Shown piece by piece: positions 48,415-60,804 of a DNA stretch of 64,000 nt. The position numbers were made by a program, and so were the translations under genes. Under the pieces are notes generated by a model. The model had not been told where the DNA came from, made no database searches, and saw only the letters and a list, made by a program, of their open reading frames with translations. Position 1 is the first letter of the stretch. Each line of letters starts with the position of its first letter. The DNA is from Octopus sinensis (Eukaryota), in assembly GCF_006345805.1 (NCBI RefSeq), contig NC_043025.1, positions 15,004,001 to 15,068,000 on the forward strand, written 5' to 3'.

Positions 48415-51400
48415 ACCGCCAATGACTGAAAGATGGGAAAAAGATGGGATTACGGCTTGAGGCAGCCTGCGGTTAAATATTGTAGAGAGAAGATAGGAAG
48501 ATAAATCAAGTTTTGGCGAAGGCTTGAAAGTATCCTAAAAAAGGTTAAATTTTCGTAACAGTGTATGAATAAACGTATTAACAACGAATAAAAAATATAG
48601 TAATAATAAATTTTTTAAGAACTTGCTGCGGTCATCGAGCGGGAGTTGAAATTGAAGAAGAAAGTAGTTGAACTGGAATTTAAATTGCAGAATCGTAATA
48701 GTAATAGTAATGGCGGTTTTCAAGTTTTAGCATATGAAGAAGAAGAGGAGGAAAAAAGAAGACCGCCAATGACTGAAAGATGGGAAAAAGATGGGATTAC
48801 GGCTTGAGGCAGCCTGCGGTTAATATTGTAGAGAGAGAGATAGGAAGATAAATCAAGTTATGGCGAAGGCTTGAAAGTATCCTAAAAAAGGTTAAATTTT
48901 CGTAACAGTGTATGAATAAACGTATTAACAACGAATAAAAAATATAGTAAGATAAATTTTTTAAGAACTTGCTGCGGTCATCGAGCGGGAGTTGAAATTG
49001 AAGAAGAAAGTAGTTGAACTGGGAATTTAAATTGCAGAATCGTAATAGTAATAGTAATGGCGGTTTTCAAGTTTTAGCATATGAAGAAGAAGAGGAGGAA
49101 AAAAAAAAGAAGACCGCCAATGACTGAAAGATGGGAAAAAGATGGGATTACGGCTTGAGGCAGCCTGCGGTTAAATATTGTAGAGAGAGAGATAGGAAGA
49201 TAAATCAAGTTATGGCGAAGGCTTGAAAGTATCCTAAAAAAGGTTAAATTTTCGTAACAGTGTATGAATAAACGTATTAACAACGATAAAAAAAAAAATA
49301 TATTAAGATAAATTTTTTAAGAACTTGCTGCGGTCATCGAGCGGGAGTTGAAATTGAAGAAGAAAGTAGTTGAACTGGGAATTTAAATTGCAGAATCGTA
49401 ATAGTAATAGTAATGGCGGTTTTCAAGTTTTAGCATATGAAGAAGAAGAGGAGGAAAAAAAAAAAAGAAGACCGCCAATGACTGAAAGATGGGAAAAAGA
49501 TGGGATTACGGCTTGAGGCAGCCTGCGGTTAAATATTGTAGAGAGAGAGATAGGAAGATAAATCAAGTTATGGCGAAGGCTTGAAAGTATCCTAAAAAAA
49601 GGTTAAATTTTCGTAACAGTGTATGAATAAACGTATTAACAACGAATAAAAAAATATAGTAAGATAAATTTTTTAAGAACTTGCTGCGGTCATCGAGCGG
49701 GAGTTGAAATTGAAGAAGAAAGTAGTTGAACTGGGAATTTAAATTGCAGAATCGTAATAGTAATAGTAATGGCGGTTTTCAAGTTTTAGCATATGAAGAA
49801 GAAGAGGAGGAAAAAAGAAGACCGCCAATGACTGAAAGATGGGAAAAAGATGGGATTACGGCTTGAGGCAGCCTGCGGTTAAATATTGTAGAGAGAGAGA
49901 TAGGAAGATAAATCAAGTTATGGCGAAGGCTTGAAAGTATCCTAAAAAAAGGTTAAATTTTCGTAACAGTGTATGAATAAACGTATTAACAACGAATAAA
50001 AAATATAGTAAGATAAATTTTTTAAGAACTTGCTGCGGTCATCGAGCGGGAGTTGAAATTGAAGAAGAAAGTAGTTGAACTGGGAATTTAAATTGCAGAA
50101 TCGTATAGTAATAGTAATGGCGGTTTTCAAGTTTTAGCATATGAAGAAGAAGAGGAGGAAAAAGAAGACCGCCAATGACTGAAAGATGGAAAAAGATGGG
50201 ATTACGGCTTGAGGCAGCCTGCGGTTAAATATTGTAGAGAGAGAGATAGAAGATAAATCAAGTTATGGCGAAGGCTTGAAAGTATCCTAAAAAAAGGTTA
50301 AATTTTCGTAACAGTGTATGAATAAACGTATTAACAACGAATAAAAAAAAAAAATATAGTAAGATAAATTTTTAAGAACTTGCTGCGGTCATCGAGCGGG
50401 AGTTGAAATTGAAGAAGAAAGTAGTTGAACTGGGAATTTAAATTGCAGAATCGTAATAGTAATAGTAATGGCGGTTTTCAAGTTTTAGCATATGAAGAAG
50501 AAGAGGAGGAAAAAAGAAGACCGCCAATGACTGAAAGATGGGAAAAAGATGGGATTACGGCTTGAGGCAGCCTGCGGTTAAATATTGTAGAGAGAGAGAT
50601 AGGAAGATAAATCAAGTTATGGCGAAGGCTTGAAAGTATCCTAAAAAAAGGTTAAATTTTCGTAACAGTGTATGAATAAACGTATTAACAACGAATAAAA
50701 AATATAGTAAGATAAATTTTTTAAGAACTTGCTGCGGTCATCGAGCGGGAGTTGAAATTGAAGAAGAAAGTAGTTGAACTGGGAATTTAAATTGCAGAAT
50801 CGTAATAGTAATAGTAATGGCGGTTTTCAAGTTTTAGCATATGAAGAAGAAGAGGAGGAAAAAAGAAGACCGCCAATGACTGAAAGATGGGAAAAAGATG
50901 GGATTACGGCTTGAGGCAGCCTGCGGTTAAATATTGTAGAGAGAGAGATAGGAAGATAAATCAAGTTATGGCGAAGGCTTGAAAGTATCCTAAAAAAGGT
51001 TAAAAAATTTTCGTAACAGTGTATGAATAAACGTATTAACAACGAATAAAAAAAAAATATAGTAAGATAAATTTTTTAAGAACTTGCTGCGGTCATCGAG
51101 CGGGAGTTGAATTGAAGAAGAAAGTAGTTGAACTGGGAATTTAAATTGCAGAATCGTAATAGTAATAGTAATGGCGGTTTTCAAGTTTTAGCAATTAAAA
51201 GAAGAGAGGAAAAAAAAAAAGAAGACCGCCAATGACTGAAAGATGGGAAAAAGATGGATTACGGCTTGAGGCAGCCTGCGGTTAAATATTGTAGAGAGAG
51301 AGATAGGAAGATAAATCAAGTTATGGCGAGGCTTGAAAGTATCCTAAAAAAAGGTTAAATTTTCGTAACAGTGTATGAATAAACGTATTAACCCGAAAAA

Positions 51401-52711
51401 AAAAAAAAATATAGTAAGATAATTTTTTAAGAACTTGCTGCGGTCATCGAGCGGGAGTTGAAATTGAAGAAGAAAGTAGTTGAACTGGGAATTTAAATTG
51501 CAGAATCGTAATAGTAATAGTAATGGCGGTTTTCAAGTTTTAGCATATGAAGAAGAAGAGGAGGAAAAAAAAAAGAAGACCGCCAATGACTGAAAGATGG
51601 GAAAAAGATGGATTACGGCTTGAGGCACCTGCGGTTAAATATTGTAGAGAGAGAGATAGGAAGATAAATCAAGTTATGGCGAAGGCTTGAAGTATCCTAA
51701 AAAAGGGTAAATTTTCGTAACAGTGTATGAAAAAACGTATTAACAACGAATAAAAAATATAGTAAGATAAATTTTTTTTAAGAACTTGCTGCGGTCATCG
51801 AGCGGGAGTTGAATTGAAGAAGAAAGTAGTTGAACTGGGAATTTAAATTGCAGAATCGTAATAGTAATAGTAATGGCGGTTTTCAAGTTTTAGCATATGA
51901 AGAAGAAGAGGAGGAAAAAAGAAGACCGCCATGACTGAAAGATGGGAAAAAGATGGGATTACGGCTTGAGGCAGCCTGCGGTTAAATATTGTAGAGAGAG
52001 AGATAGGAAGATAAATCAAGTTATGGCGAAGGCTTGAAAGTATCCTAAAAAAGGTTAAATTTTCGTAACAGTGTATGAATAAACGTATTAACAACGAATA
52101 AAAAATATAGTAAGATAAATTTTTTAAGAACTTGCTGCGGTCATCGAGCGGGAGTTGAAATTGAAGAAGAAAGTAGTTGAACTGGGAATTTAAATTGCAG
52201 AATCGTAATAGTAATAGTAATGGCGGTTTTCAAGTTTTAGCATATGAAGAAGAAGAGGAGGAAAAAAAAAAAGACCGCCAATGACTGAAAGATGGGAAAA
52301 AGATGGGATTACGGCTTGAGGCAGCCTGCGGTTAAATATTGTAGAGAGAGAGATAGGAAGATAAATCAAGTTATGGCGAAGGCTTGAAAGTATCCTAAAA
52401 AAGGTTAAATTTTCGTAACAGTGTATGAATAAACGTATTACAACGAATAAAAAAAAATATAGTAAGATAAATTTTTTAAGAACTTGCTGCGGTCATCGAG
52501 CGGGAGTTGAAATTGAAGAAGAAAGTAGTTGAACTGGGAATTTAAATTGCAGAATCGTAATAGTAATAGTAATGGCGGTTTTCAAGTTTTAGCATATGAA
52601 GAAGAAGAGGAGGAAAAAGAAGACCGCCAATGACTGAAAGATGGGAAAAAGATGGGATTACGGCTTGAGGCAGCCTGCGGTTAAATATTGTAGAGAGAGA
52701 GATAGGAAGAT
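48415..52711. repeat. Highly homogeneous ~350-bp tandem array, ~12.3 units
   Basis: accgccaatgactgaaag at ~48415, 48762, 49113, 49471, 49821, 50168, 50520, 50868, 51225, 51579, 51925, 52274, 52623; differences mostly homopolymer indels. Confidence 0.97.
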
Positions 52712-52727
52712 ATATATATAATTTATA

Positions 52728-52767
<40 letters not shown>

Positions 52768-52769
<2 letters not shown>

Positions 52770-53120
52770 TACCACTATGACCCGGCGTTGCTGGGTCATA
52801 GTGCTAGTACATGCATATACAGCTGCGTGCATGCGTACATACACGTGAGTACTGTCCAAATCTCTGGCCAATCACATACAGCTAGCTGGCATTCAATTGG
52901 CGTATCAAGTTTCGGGCATTTTGATTGGGTTTTGGATAGAAAATTCACAAAAATGTCACTTCTATTGATTTTTTAATGACTTTGCGGGGTGACTGGGGAA
53001 ATGTAAAGATGTGCACAACCACCCTTGGACAGATTTGAATGACCATAGAAAGTGTGAGCCTTCTAACTGAAAAATTGTGGATTTGTATAAAGGGCCGACA
53101 CACACACAGACATTTTGCCA
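52768..53120 (-). mobile_element. Probable Helitron family C remnant
   Basis: Hairpin cactatgacccggcgttgctgggtcatagtg next to CTAG, resembling the other Helitron 3' hairpins; strand uncertain. Confidence 0.5.
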
Positions 53121-53597
53121 TCTCTTATTATAAAAGGCAGATTTTATCTGCCTCCCTTTGTATCTTATAGAAATCTACAATATAGGATTTCTTCAATTAC
53201 AATTTACCTAGCATTTTTAAGAGTAGAATGCATCGGGTCGTGACAGGTCCACTTTTTAAAATTTCAACCCCAAATAAGCAAAATTTAGAGAAAACTCACA
53301 TTGTGGTGTATGAGTCAAATGCTTCTCTTAGTGTGGGATACAGCACACGCAAACGCACACACACAGTGTGCAACGAATAAAGTGAAACTAATTCACTTTC
53401 TGTAGTGACTGACTCTTTCACTCTACATTCCCACTTCCACTTTACACACATAGACACGCAAATATATAAATAAAATTGTAAGCTAACGTGTGTGTGTGCG
53501 TGTGTGTGAGTGTGTGTGTGTGTGTGCGTGTGTGTGTGTGTGTGTGAGGATGCGTGTGGTGTGTGTGTGTGTGCGTGTTGCGTGAGTGTGTGACAGG

Positions 53598-54752
53598 AAA
53601 GTTTTTTACGACGAATATAAGACCTATATCCAAGTAGCAGAAAGATCGCCCAAAAGTGTATATAGATATTTAAATGTATTTATATATTCATCTATACACA
53701 GATGTATGTATAATGTGTGTGTATATATTTCCATAGCGGTACCTTTCACTCCATACAAGTTTTTTAGGACGAATATAAGATCTAAAGTATATACAAGTAG
53801 CAGAAAGATCGCCCAAAAGTGTATATAGATATTTAAATGTATTTATATATATTCATCTATGCACACATGTATGTATAACGTGTGTGTATATATTCCATAG
53901 AGGTAACCATTCACTCCATACAAAGTTTTTTAGGACAAATAAGATCTAAAGTTATCTCTAAGAAAAGAAAGATCGCCCAAAAGTGTTATAGATATAAATG
54001 TATTTTATATTCATCTATACACAGATGTATGTATCAATGTGTGTGTATATATTTCCATACACGTAACCATTCACTCCGCACAAAGTTTTTTAGGACGAAA
54101 ATAAGATCTAAAGTATCTCTAAGTAGCACAGAGATCGCCCAAAAGTGTATAATGATATTTAAATGTATTTATATATATTCATCTATACACACATGTATGT
54201 ATAATGTGCATGTATATATTTCCATAGAGGTAACCATTCACTCCATACAAAGTTTTTTAGGACGAAAATAAGATCTAAGTTATCTCTAAGAAAAGAAAGA
54301 TCGCCAAAGTGTATAAGATATTTAAATGTATTTATATATTCATCTATACACAGATGTATGTATAATGTGTGTGTATATATTTCCATACACGTAACCATTC
54401 ACTCCGCACAAAGTTTTTTAGGACGAAAATAAGATCTAAAGTTATCTCTAAGTAGCACAGAGATCGCCAAAGTGTATATAGATATTTAAATGTATTTATA
54501 TATTCATCTATACACACATGTATGTATAATGTGCATGTATATATTTCCATAGAGGTAACCATTCACTCCATACAAAGTTTTTTAGGACGAAAATAAGATC
54601 TAAAGTTATCTAAGAAAAGAAAGAGCCCAAGTGTATATAGATATTTAAATGTATTTATATATTCATCTATACACACATGTATGTATAATGTGCGTGTATA
54701 TATTTCCATAGAGATAACCATTCAATCCATACAAAGTTTTTTAGGACGAAAA
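53598..54752. repeat. ~163-bp tandem array, 7 units, alternating variants
   Basis: gatcgccc-like anchor at 53644, 53807, 53971, 54133, 54299, 54462, 54623. Confidence 0.9.
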
Positions 54753-54984
54753 TATTTATATATAAAAGAAAGGTTGTGTGTCTCTCTACTCCGATTTAGA
54801 TTCCTAACTACTCCCACATTTTGCAATGCAGTTTAACCAAAACCGGGTATCTTATAGTCGTGATTCATATCGAGCCCTTCTGGGTATTAGCGCGCGTCTA
54901 CGATGAGTCTATGATTTTACAAATAATTTACCATCATTTTTTTCCATTTTAATGCATATTTTTTTAAATAAAGGGAAGTAACTC

Positions 54985-55495
54985 TCAAACTTCACACCAA
55001 TATGCGTGCTCATATGCGACGTAATATCACATCAGCAGCATTTCCTCACACCCTCCTTGCACTTGGCGAAGGCAAAATACCAGGGGATGAAAATGGTAAT
55101 ATTGCCATCGATTCCATTTGTACCATTGTTAAGACGCCTTCTGATCTCAGAGATGCAGTGTTCCCAGATCTACAAGCTAATTATCAGAATATGGATTGGA
55201 TTGGCAAAAAGGCTATACTGGCCCCGAGGAATAAAACTGTTCACCATATTAATGATGAAATGCTAAAACTCATTCCTGGGGAAGTCTATGTATATCAGTC
55301 TATCGATACAGCTCCTGACCCAGAGGACGTGATCAACTATCCAATAGAGGTACTCAATTCCTTTGAGCACCCCGGACTACCACCACACTTTCTCAAACTT
55401 AAAGTTGGTGCCCCTATAATGCTCATCAGAAATTTGGTTCCCCCAAAACAATGCAATGGCACACGTTTTATCGTTAAGTCCTTATCTCCCACTGT
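54985..55495 (+). pseudogene. Helitron RepHel Pif1-family helicase fragment, open frame
   Basis: LHTNMR, KAILAPRN, GLPPHFLKLKVGAPIMLIRNL, CNGTRFIV. Confidence 0.9.
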
Positions 55496-55729
55496 AAACT
55501 TATATCAATATTTGCCTGAATAATCATCATAATTCAGTGCAATCATTAACAGTACTTTCAAGCAATTCAGCCCCGAGCAACGCCGGGCAATTCTGCTAGT
55601 TTATATATATATATATATATATTATAAGATCAGCAACAATTTAGATTCAAATGAATATGGTACTTAATTTAGATGCACCAGAATTTTGTATGGTGTTACC
55701 CATAAAAATATGCGGGGTGATTATAATAA

Positions 55730-55985
55730 AAAAATAAGCAACAAGAATGAATCTGGTAATTTAGTACAATTGTTTCATACTACAACATTTTATTAAAAGC
55801 TCTAAATATTCCCTAAAAAGTTATTAATTGATTTTAAAACTTTTATATTATTGGAAAACCTACATAAATTAGCTGAAGATTACTCAGCATCTTAAATCTG
55901 CTGTAATATTTACAGCTTTTAATAAAATGTTGTAGTATGAAACAATTGTACTAAATTACCGGATTCATTCTTGTTGCTTATTTTT
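55730..55985. repeat. ~72-bp-arm inverted repeat with HHR
   Basis: aaaaataagcaacaagaatgaatc...aaaagct / agctttt...gattcattcttgttgcttatttt. Confidence 0.9.
55869..55954 (+). ncRNA. Type I HHR with extended stem II
   Basis: TTAG-CTGAAGA-tTACTCAGCAT...ATGTTGtAGTAt-GAAA-CAATTG-TA-CTAA. Confidence 0.6.
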
Positions 55986-56691
55986 GTATATATATATATA
56001 TGTCAGTGGCGGCTGCAGCACTCAAGCTGTTCGGGCTTGGCCCAAGTATAAATTTAGTAAAGTGAACATATATTTGCAAGATGATTTAGTTTCTTCCAAT
56101 ACTGACTTCAAGTATATAATTGCAACCAATAACTCAGGCACCTTTTATTGAGCCTGATCACAGTTTCTTTATTTTCATTGAGTGTCTGGCGGTCATCTTA
56201 GAGGTGCCCTGTTTCGAAAAATATCATTCATAGAAGACGTCGTTCACACATGGGCCTGACTCAGGGCTCAGAAGTTACACCCTGAGTTGTTGTCTATAAT
56301 CGTAAAAATTAAAAGTAATTCAAATTCATGTTTTCTTGAAGCAATAAATCTCTATAGAGATTAGGATTTAAATTCCAATCTATGAGAAGTTTCCGTTCTA
56401 CAATATTCTCAAAGGAACAAAAAAAATTATGCAGCAACTTGGGCTAATACAAACGAGCCTGGTAGGGGTAAAAAATTAACTGGGGTCACTTGTCAAGAGC
56501 AAAAGTGACAGTAATATTGCTGTCGTTTGTTCTGAATTCCAACTGGATCTGGTCAAAGAGGCATGGAAGAGAATTTTAAGAATATTTTTTGATAAACTCT
56601 CTGGGTTATTTGTGATGCCTGTGAATGAAAAGACATTGAAATTTTATAACTTATTGGCAGGAGATTCAATTGTTATCATACTACTGGACAT

Positions 56692-56738
56692 CTGTCACTG
56701 ATGAACCCACAGCAGGGTGAAATTACATGATCTGACAG
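56692..56738 (+). ncRNA. Canonical type I hammerhead ribozyme
   Basis: CTGTCA-CTGATGA-ACCCacagcaGGGT-GAAA-TTacatGA-TC-TGACAG; stems of 6, 4 and 3 bp. Confidence 0.85.
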
Positions 56739-57036
56739 TTCTTGCTGCCATAGCAGATGATCCTCATCTGTCAACGATATAAATATGAGTGTTTTATGCA
56801 TCACAAGTCCATATGAGAGATTCCCTCGTGGTAAATAACACAGAATTGTCTGTTCTAACAAAACATCCTCATTAAGTTGGATATAAAGATTGCCATTTTG
56901 TATTAATAGTATTTCTGCCATTATTTATTACTTTTTGATTAGTCCACTGGCTAAATACTACACTGGTAGCTGAACAGATGCTGAGATTCTATACATCACT
57001 GATGGGAGATGCAACTGTTATTGTGCTGCAGGGCAC

Positions 57037-57083
57037 CTACCACTGATGAACCCATAGCAGAGTGAAATCATGAGATTTGGCAG
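57037..57083 (+). ncRNA. Second, decayed HHR copy 345 nt downstream
   Basis: CTACCA-CTGATGA-ACCCatagcaGAGT-GAAA-TCatgaGA-TT-TGGCAG. Confidence 0.7.
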
Positions 57084-57805
57084 TTCTGGTGGCCGTAGGA
57101 TAGCAACAATATAATGGCAATTGCCTTTATGCTCCATGCATCCATATGAGGCATCCTCAAAGCAAGTAACACAGTATTTGCTGTTCTAATACAACCTCTA
57201 TATTAAGTTGGAGATTAAGATTCCCTTTTTGGACTTCTACTGCTTCTGTCACTGTTAATCATTTTTCCAAAGGCATGATTTGCCTGTCAGTCAATTGGGG
57301 ATTCGAATGAATTGGTTACAACACTATGGTACCTTGGATCTGTGATACCTTAACCATCAAAGAGGGGCAGGACAAAAAAGGTGGGGGTCCAGTAGTTATG
57401 ACTGGGATGCAGTCTGGGGCCACTCCGTGTGTAAAGAATTAAGGGCCAAAACACTTGCATGAGAGGGACTGCTTCTCTGAAGACCCTCTCTTGATCAGCA
57501 CTCCTTACAGATTCTTACTGCTGTGTGTGTGTGTGTGTGTGTGTGTATACACACACACATATACATATATATAGGAATGTATTTGTGTATGTATGTATGT
57601 ATGCATATATGTGTGTGTGTGCATGTGTGTATATCTATCTATCTATCTATATGATATATTAGTAAAATTCAAATTCATATCTGAATATATATATATATAT
57701 ATATATACCTATATACATACATACAAGCATACATGCATTATCTTTTACTTACAACAATCATTAGACTGCAGCCATGCTGGGGCACTGTCTTGAAGATACT
57801 TGTTT

Positions 57806-57891
<86 letters not shown>

Positions 57892-57895
57892 TATA

Positions 57896-58990
57896 CAGGG
57901 GTTGGACAAAATAATGGAAACACCTTAAAATTTCAAACAAATTTATTTTAATATGGGGTAAGACCACCTTTTGCAGTAATTACACCTTGAATTCTACGAG
58001 GTATGGACTTGTACAAAGTTTGAATTGTTTCCGAATGAATTTTTGTCCAATCTTCAGCTAAAACAGTCTCCAGTTCTTGTAGTGATGATGGTGGAGGATA
58101 TCATCTCCTTACTTGTTTCTCTAAAATGCACCATACATATTGAGATTTGGGGACTGTGGTAGCCAGATAAGATGTTCAGCTTCACTAGAATGTTCCTTGT
58201 GCTATTCAGTAACAACTTTAGCTGTGTGAATTGGTGCATTATCATCCTGAAAGATGGTGTTTCCCCCTGGAAATAGTTCTGCAGCCATAGGATGAATTCG
58301 ATCAGTTAAAATGCTTAAATAGTCAAGATATAGCCCCCTCTCAGATCATCACAGATCCTCCTCCATGTTTAACAGTTGAAAGAAGGCAGTCGAGGTCAAA
58401 TGCTTCTCTTGGCAGTCTCCACATGCATACTCAGACAGTGGTCAGCAATAAGGTAAAGGATGACTTGGCCAAGAAAATAACATTCTTCCGCTGCTCCAGG
58501 GACCAATTCTGTAGGTTTTTCCTCCACTCTAAATGCTTAGCAACATTTGTTTTTGAAAGTAGTGGTTTCTGATTGCAGCCCTCCTGTGAAATCTGGCTTT
58601 GCATAAGAGTTCGAGTCCCTATCTAAAAGCTTTGGTTTTCTTCCAGAGTTTTGTTTCAACGAGGAGGTTTTTCCTTCTTTCTCAAAGGCTGACATTACTT
58701 TCCAGACAGTACTCCTTGATACACCAAATATTTCAGCTGTTTTTGTTACGCTAGCACCTGTCATACGAGCACCAACAATTTGACCTCTCTGAAAATCCGA
58801 TAGATCTGTCATTTTAATGAAATTTATTTACCCTTTTCTGATGATATCTGAAAAGAAACAGCAATTTTAGCAAAACACGTTAAGCAACACTAATAATAAA
58901 TCAAAAAACATAACGGTAAACAAGCTTTTGACAGTTTTATAGATATTTTAAAATGATACTATGTGTTTCCATTATTTTGTCCAACCCCTG
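57896..58990 (-). mobile_element. Tc1-family DNA transposon, internally deleted
   Basis: TA|CAGGGGTTGGACAAAATAATGGAAACAC TIRs at both ends; MTDLSDFQRGQIVGAR...SGRKPKL; FQDDNAP motif near 58230-58255. Confidence 0.92.
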
Positions 58991-58993
58991 TAA

Positions 58994-59025
<32 letters not shown>

Positions 59026-59128
59026 AAATATATATATATTACTTATTGGTAAAAACGGTAAGATAACAAAAGAGAGAAAAAGACCTCAATATTATGTAAA
59101 TTGAGGAAATTTATCTGTAAAATAATAT

Positions 59129-59295
59129 GTGACAATTATTTGGTAGCCAAGATGAAACTCTGAGTTCGGATGCCAAGGTGGAAATCCACATCTCTTCGGT
59201 CGTGATGGCCAGATAACCGAAGAGATGGTGGTGTGGATTTCCACCTCGGCATCCGAAACTCAGAGTTTCATCTTGGCTACCAAATAATTGTTACA
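59129..59295. repeat. ~75-bp-arm inverted repeat with HHR-like fold
   Basis: 59208-59277 (+): gccagataa-CCGAAGA-GATG...CATCc-GAAA-CTCAGAG-TT-tcatcttggc; upstream 59046-59110 is related to 1217-1283. Confidence 0.85.
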
Positions 59296-59297
59296 CA

Positions 59298-59337
<40 letters not shown>

Positions 59338-59404
59338 GTATGTATGTATATGTATATATATAGATATAGATAGATAGGCATGAATATATATATATATATA
59401 TTTG

Positions 59405-59438
<34 letters not shown>

Positions 59439-59925
59439 TTCATGCATAATGATGATGATGATGTTGATGATATATGTATGCATGTATGTATGTATGTAAG
59501 TACTAAACAAAGGAGACAGTTAAGCGCCAAGAGACCCCAAACGTGACCTAAAATGTTAATGATGTCCCAGATCTGTAGAATATATTAGACCCATGCGATG
59601 AGCAGCTGCCTCAGGAATGCCATCTCAAGGTAGCATGACCTTCCAACGTTGCAAGCTGTTGTTGTGGCTTAAAACAATAAACAATGCCGTCCGCAGACTG
59701 TTCTGAGAGGAGTGCAGCCGCTATTGTTGAGTGTAAACATACACACAAGTACATGCACACTCACACACACACACACAGATGTATAAGTATATGTATGTAT
59801 ATAAGTATACACACATATATGCAGACATATATATGTGTGTGTGTGTGTATATGCCTGTATATATATGTATATATATATATGTACAAGTATATGTACATGT
59901 ATATATAATATACTATATATATTGT

Positions 59926-59965
<40 letters not shown>

Positions 59966-60804
59966 GCATATTCATATATATATATACACATATACATACA
60001 CACACACACACGTGTATATGCATTTGTCTAAATACCTATATGCTTAACATATATATATATGTGTCTACGAGTAAAATGCCCCCTGTCCAATGGACGGTGC
60101 TGAGTTGTCAAACATTTAAACCAAATTTTCTGAAAACAACTTGTCCGACCGTCCCATTTAACCTAAATTTGAGACACCAGCAAAAGAAGAAATAAAAATA
60201 GACATTTTTTCTATTCCAAAGAAAAACGATTTTATTTACACAAATATGCAACTGAAGAGTTTAAAGTACCAGTAATGATAAGGCCGTTGACTGGGAGAAC
60301 ACAAACATGGTTTAAACAGTAAGCTTGGCACGAAAGAAACGTGCCTTTAAGCAGTACAAAAATAATAAAAAATGGAAAGTGCAGTTATGTACAGGTTGAC
60401 GGAAGAAAAGCAGGGCAAAAACGATGCAAGCAAATGGGTTAGCTGGAGGTAAATCTAGATGGAAAAGCATGATGAATTTATGAGAACGCACCTGGGACAA
60501 TAATATGTTTAGCTGATAAAACATGTAGGAAATCAACGTGGGGCGATTTTTGATGAAAAGCAACAACCTAGGGAACTAAGTAACTAATTTTAAGCTAACT
60601 TACTTTACGGGATTTCAAGGGCATGGAAAAGCTAGTGGAGCGCAGCCTTGTAAACCACATTCCTTGACACTCCATCTGGAGCGTAGTAGAAAAGGTTTGT
60701 CGAACAACCCACATACAGTTGTCCATGTGAAAAGCAGGGAGTGCTGAGGTCCAACCCCATGACTTTCAATGACTGCCCCTGTGCTTTGTTGATGGTAATT
60801 GCAA

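Larger units (their letters stand above)
53121..55599 (+). mobile_element. Composite Helitron (family A 5' end + 163-bp array + family B body + helicase fragment)
   Basis: A|TCTCTTATTATAAAAG at 53121; CCCGAGCAACGCCGGG...CTAG|T at 55599. Confidence 0.75.

Noticed and set aside
48415-52711. Twister, HDV or HHR ribozyme, or rDNA/snRNA gene, in the 350-bp unit
   Set aside because: Only partial motifs; required pairings not found and no known RNA gene recognised
55002-55523. Host PIF1 gene
   Set aside because: Partial domain enclosed by Helitron termini
56003-56660. hAT transposon starting CAGTGGCGG
   Set aside because: No matching second TIR or convincing transposase motif found
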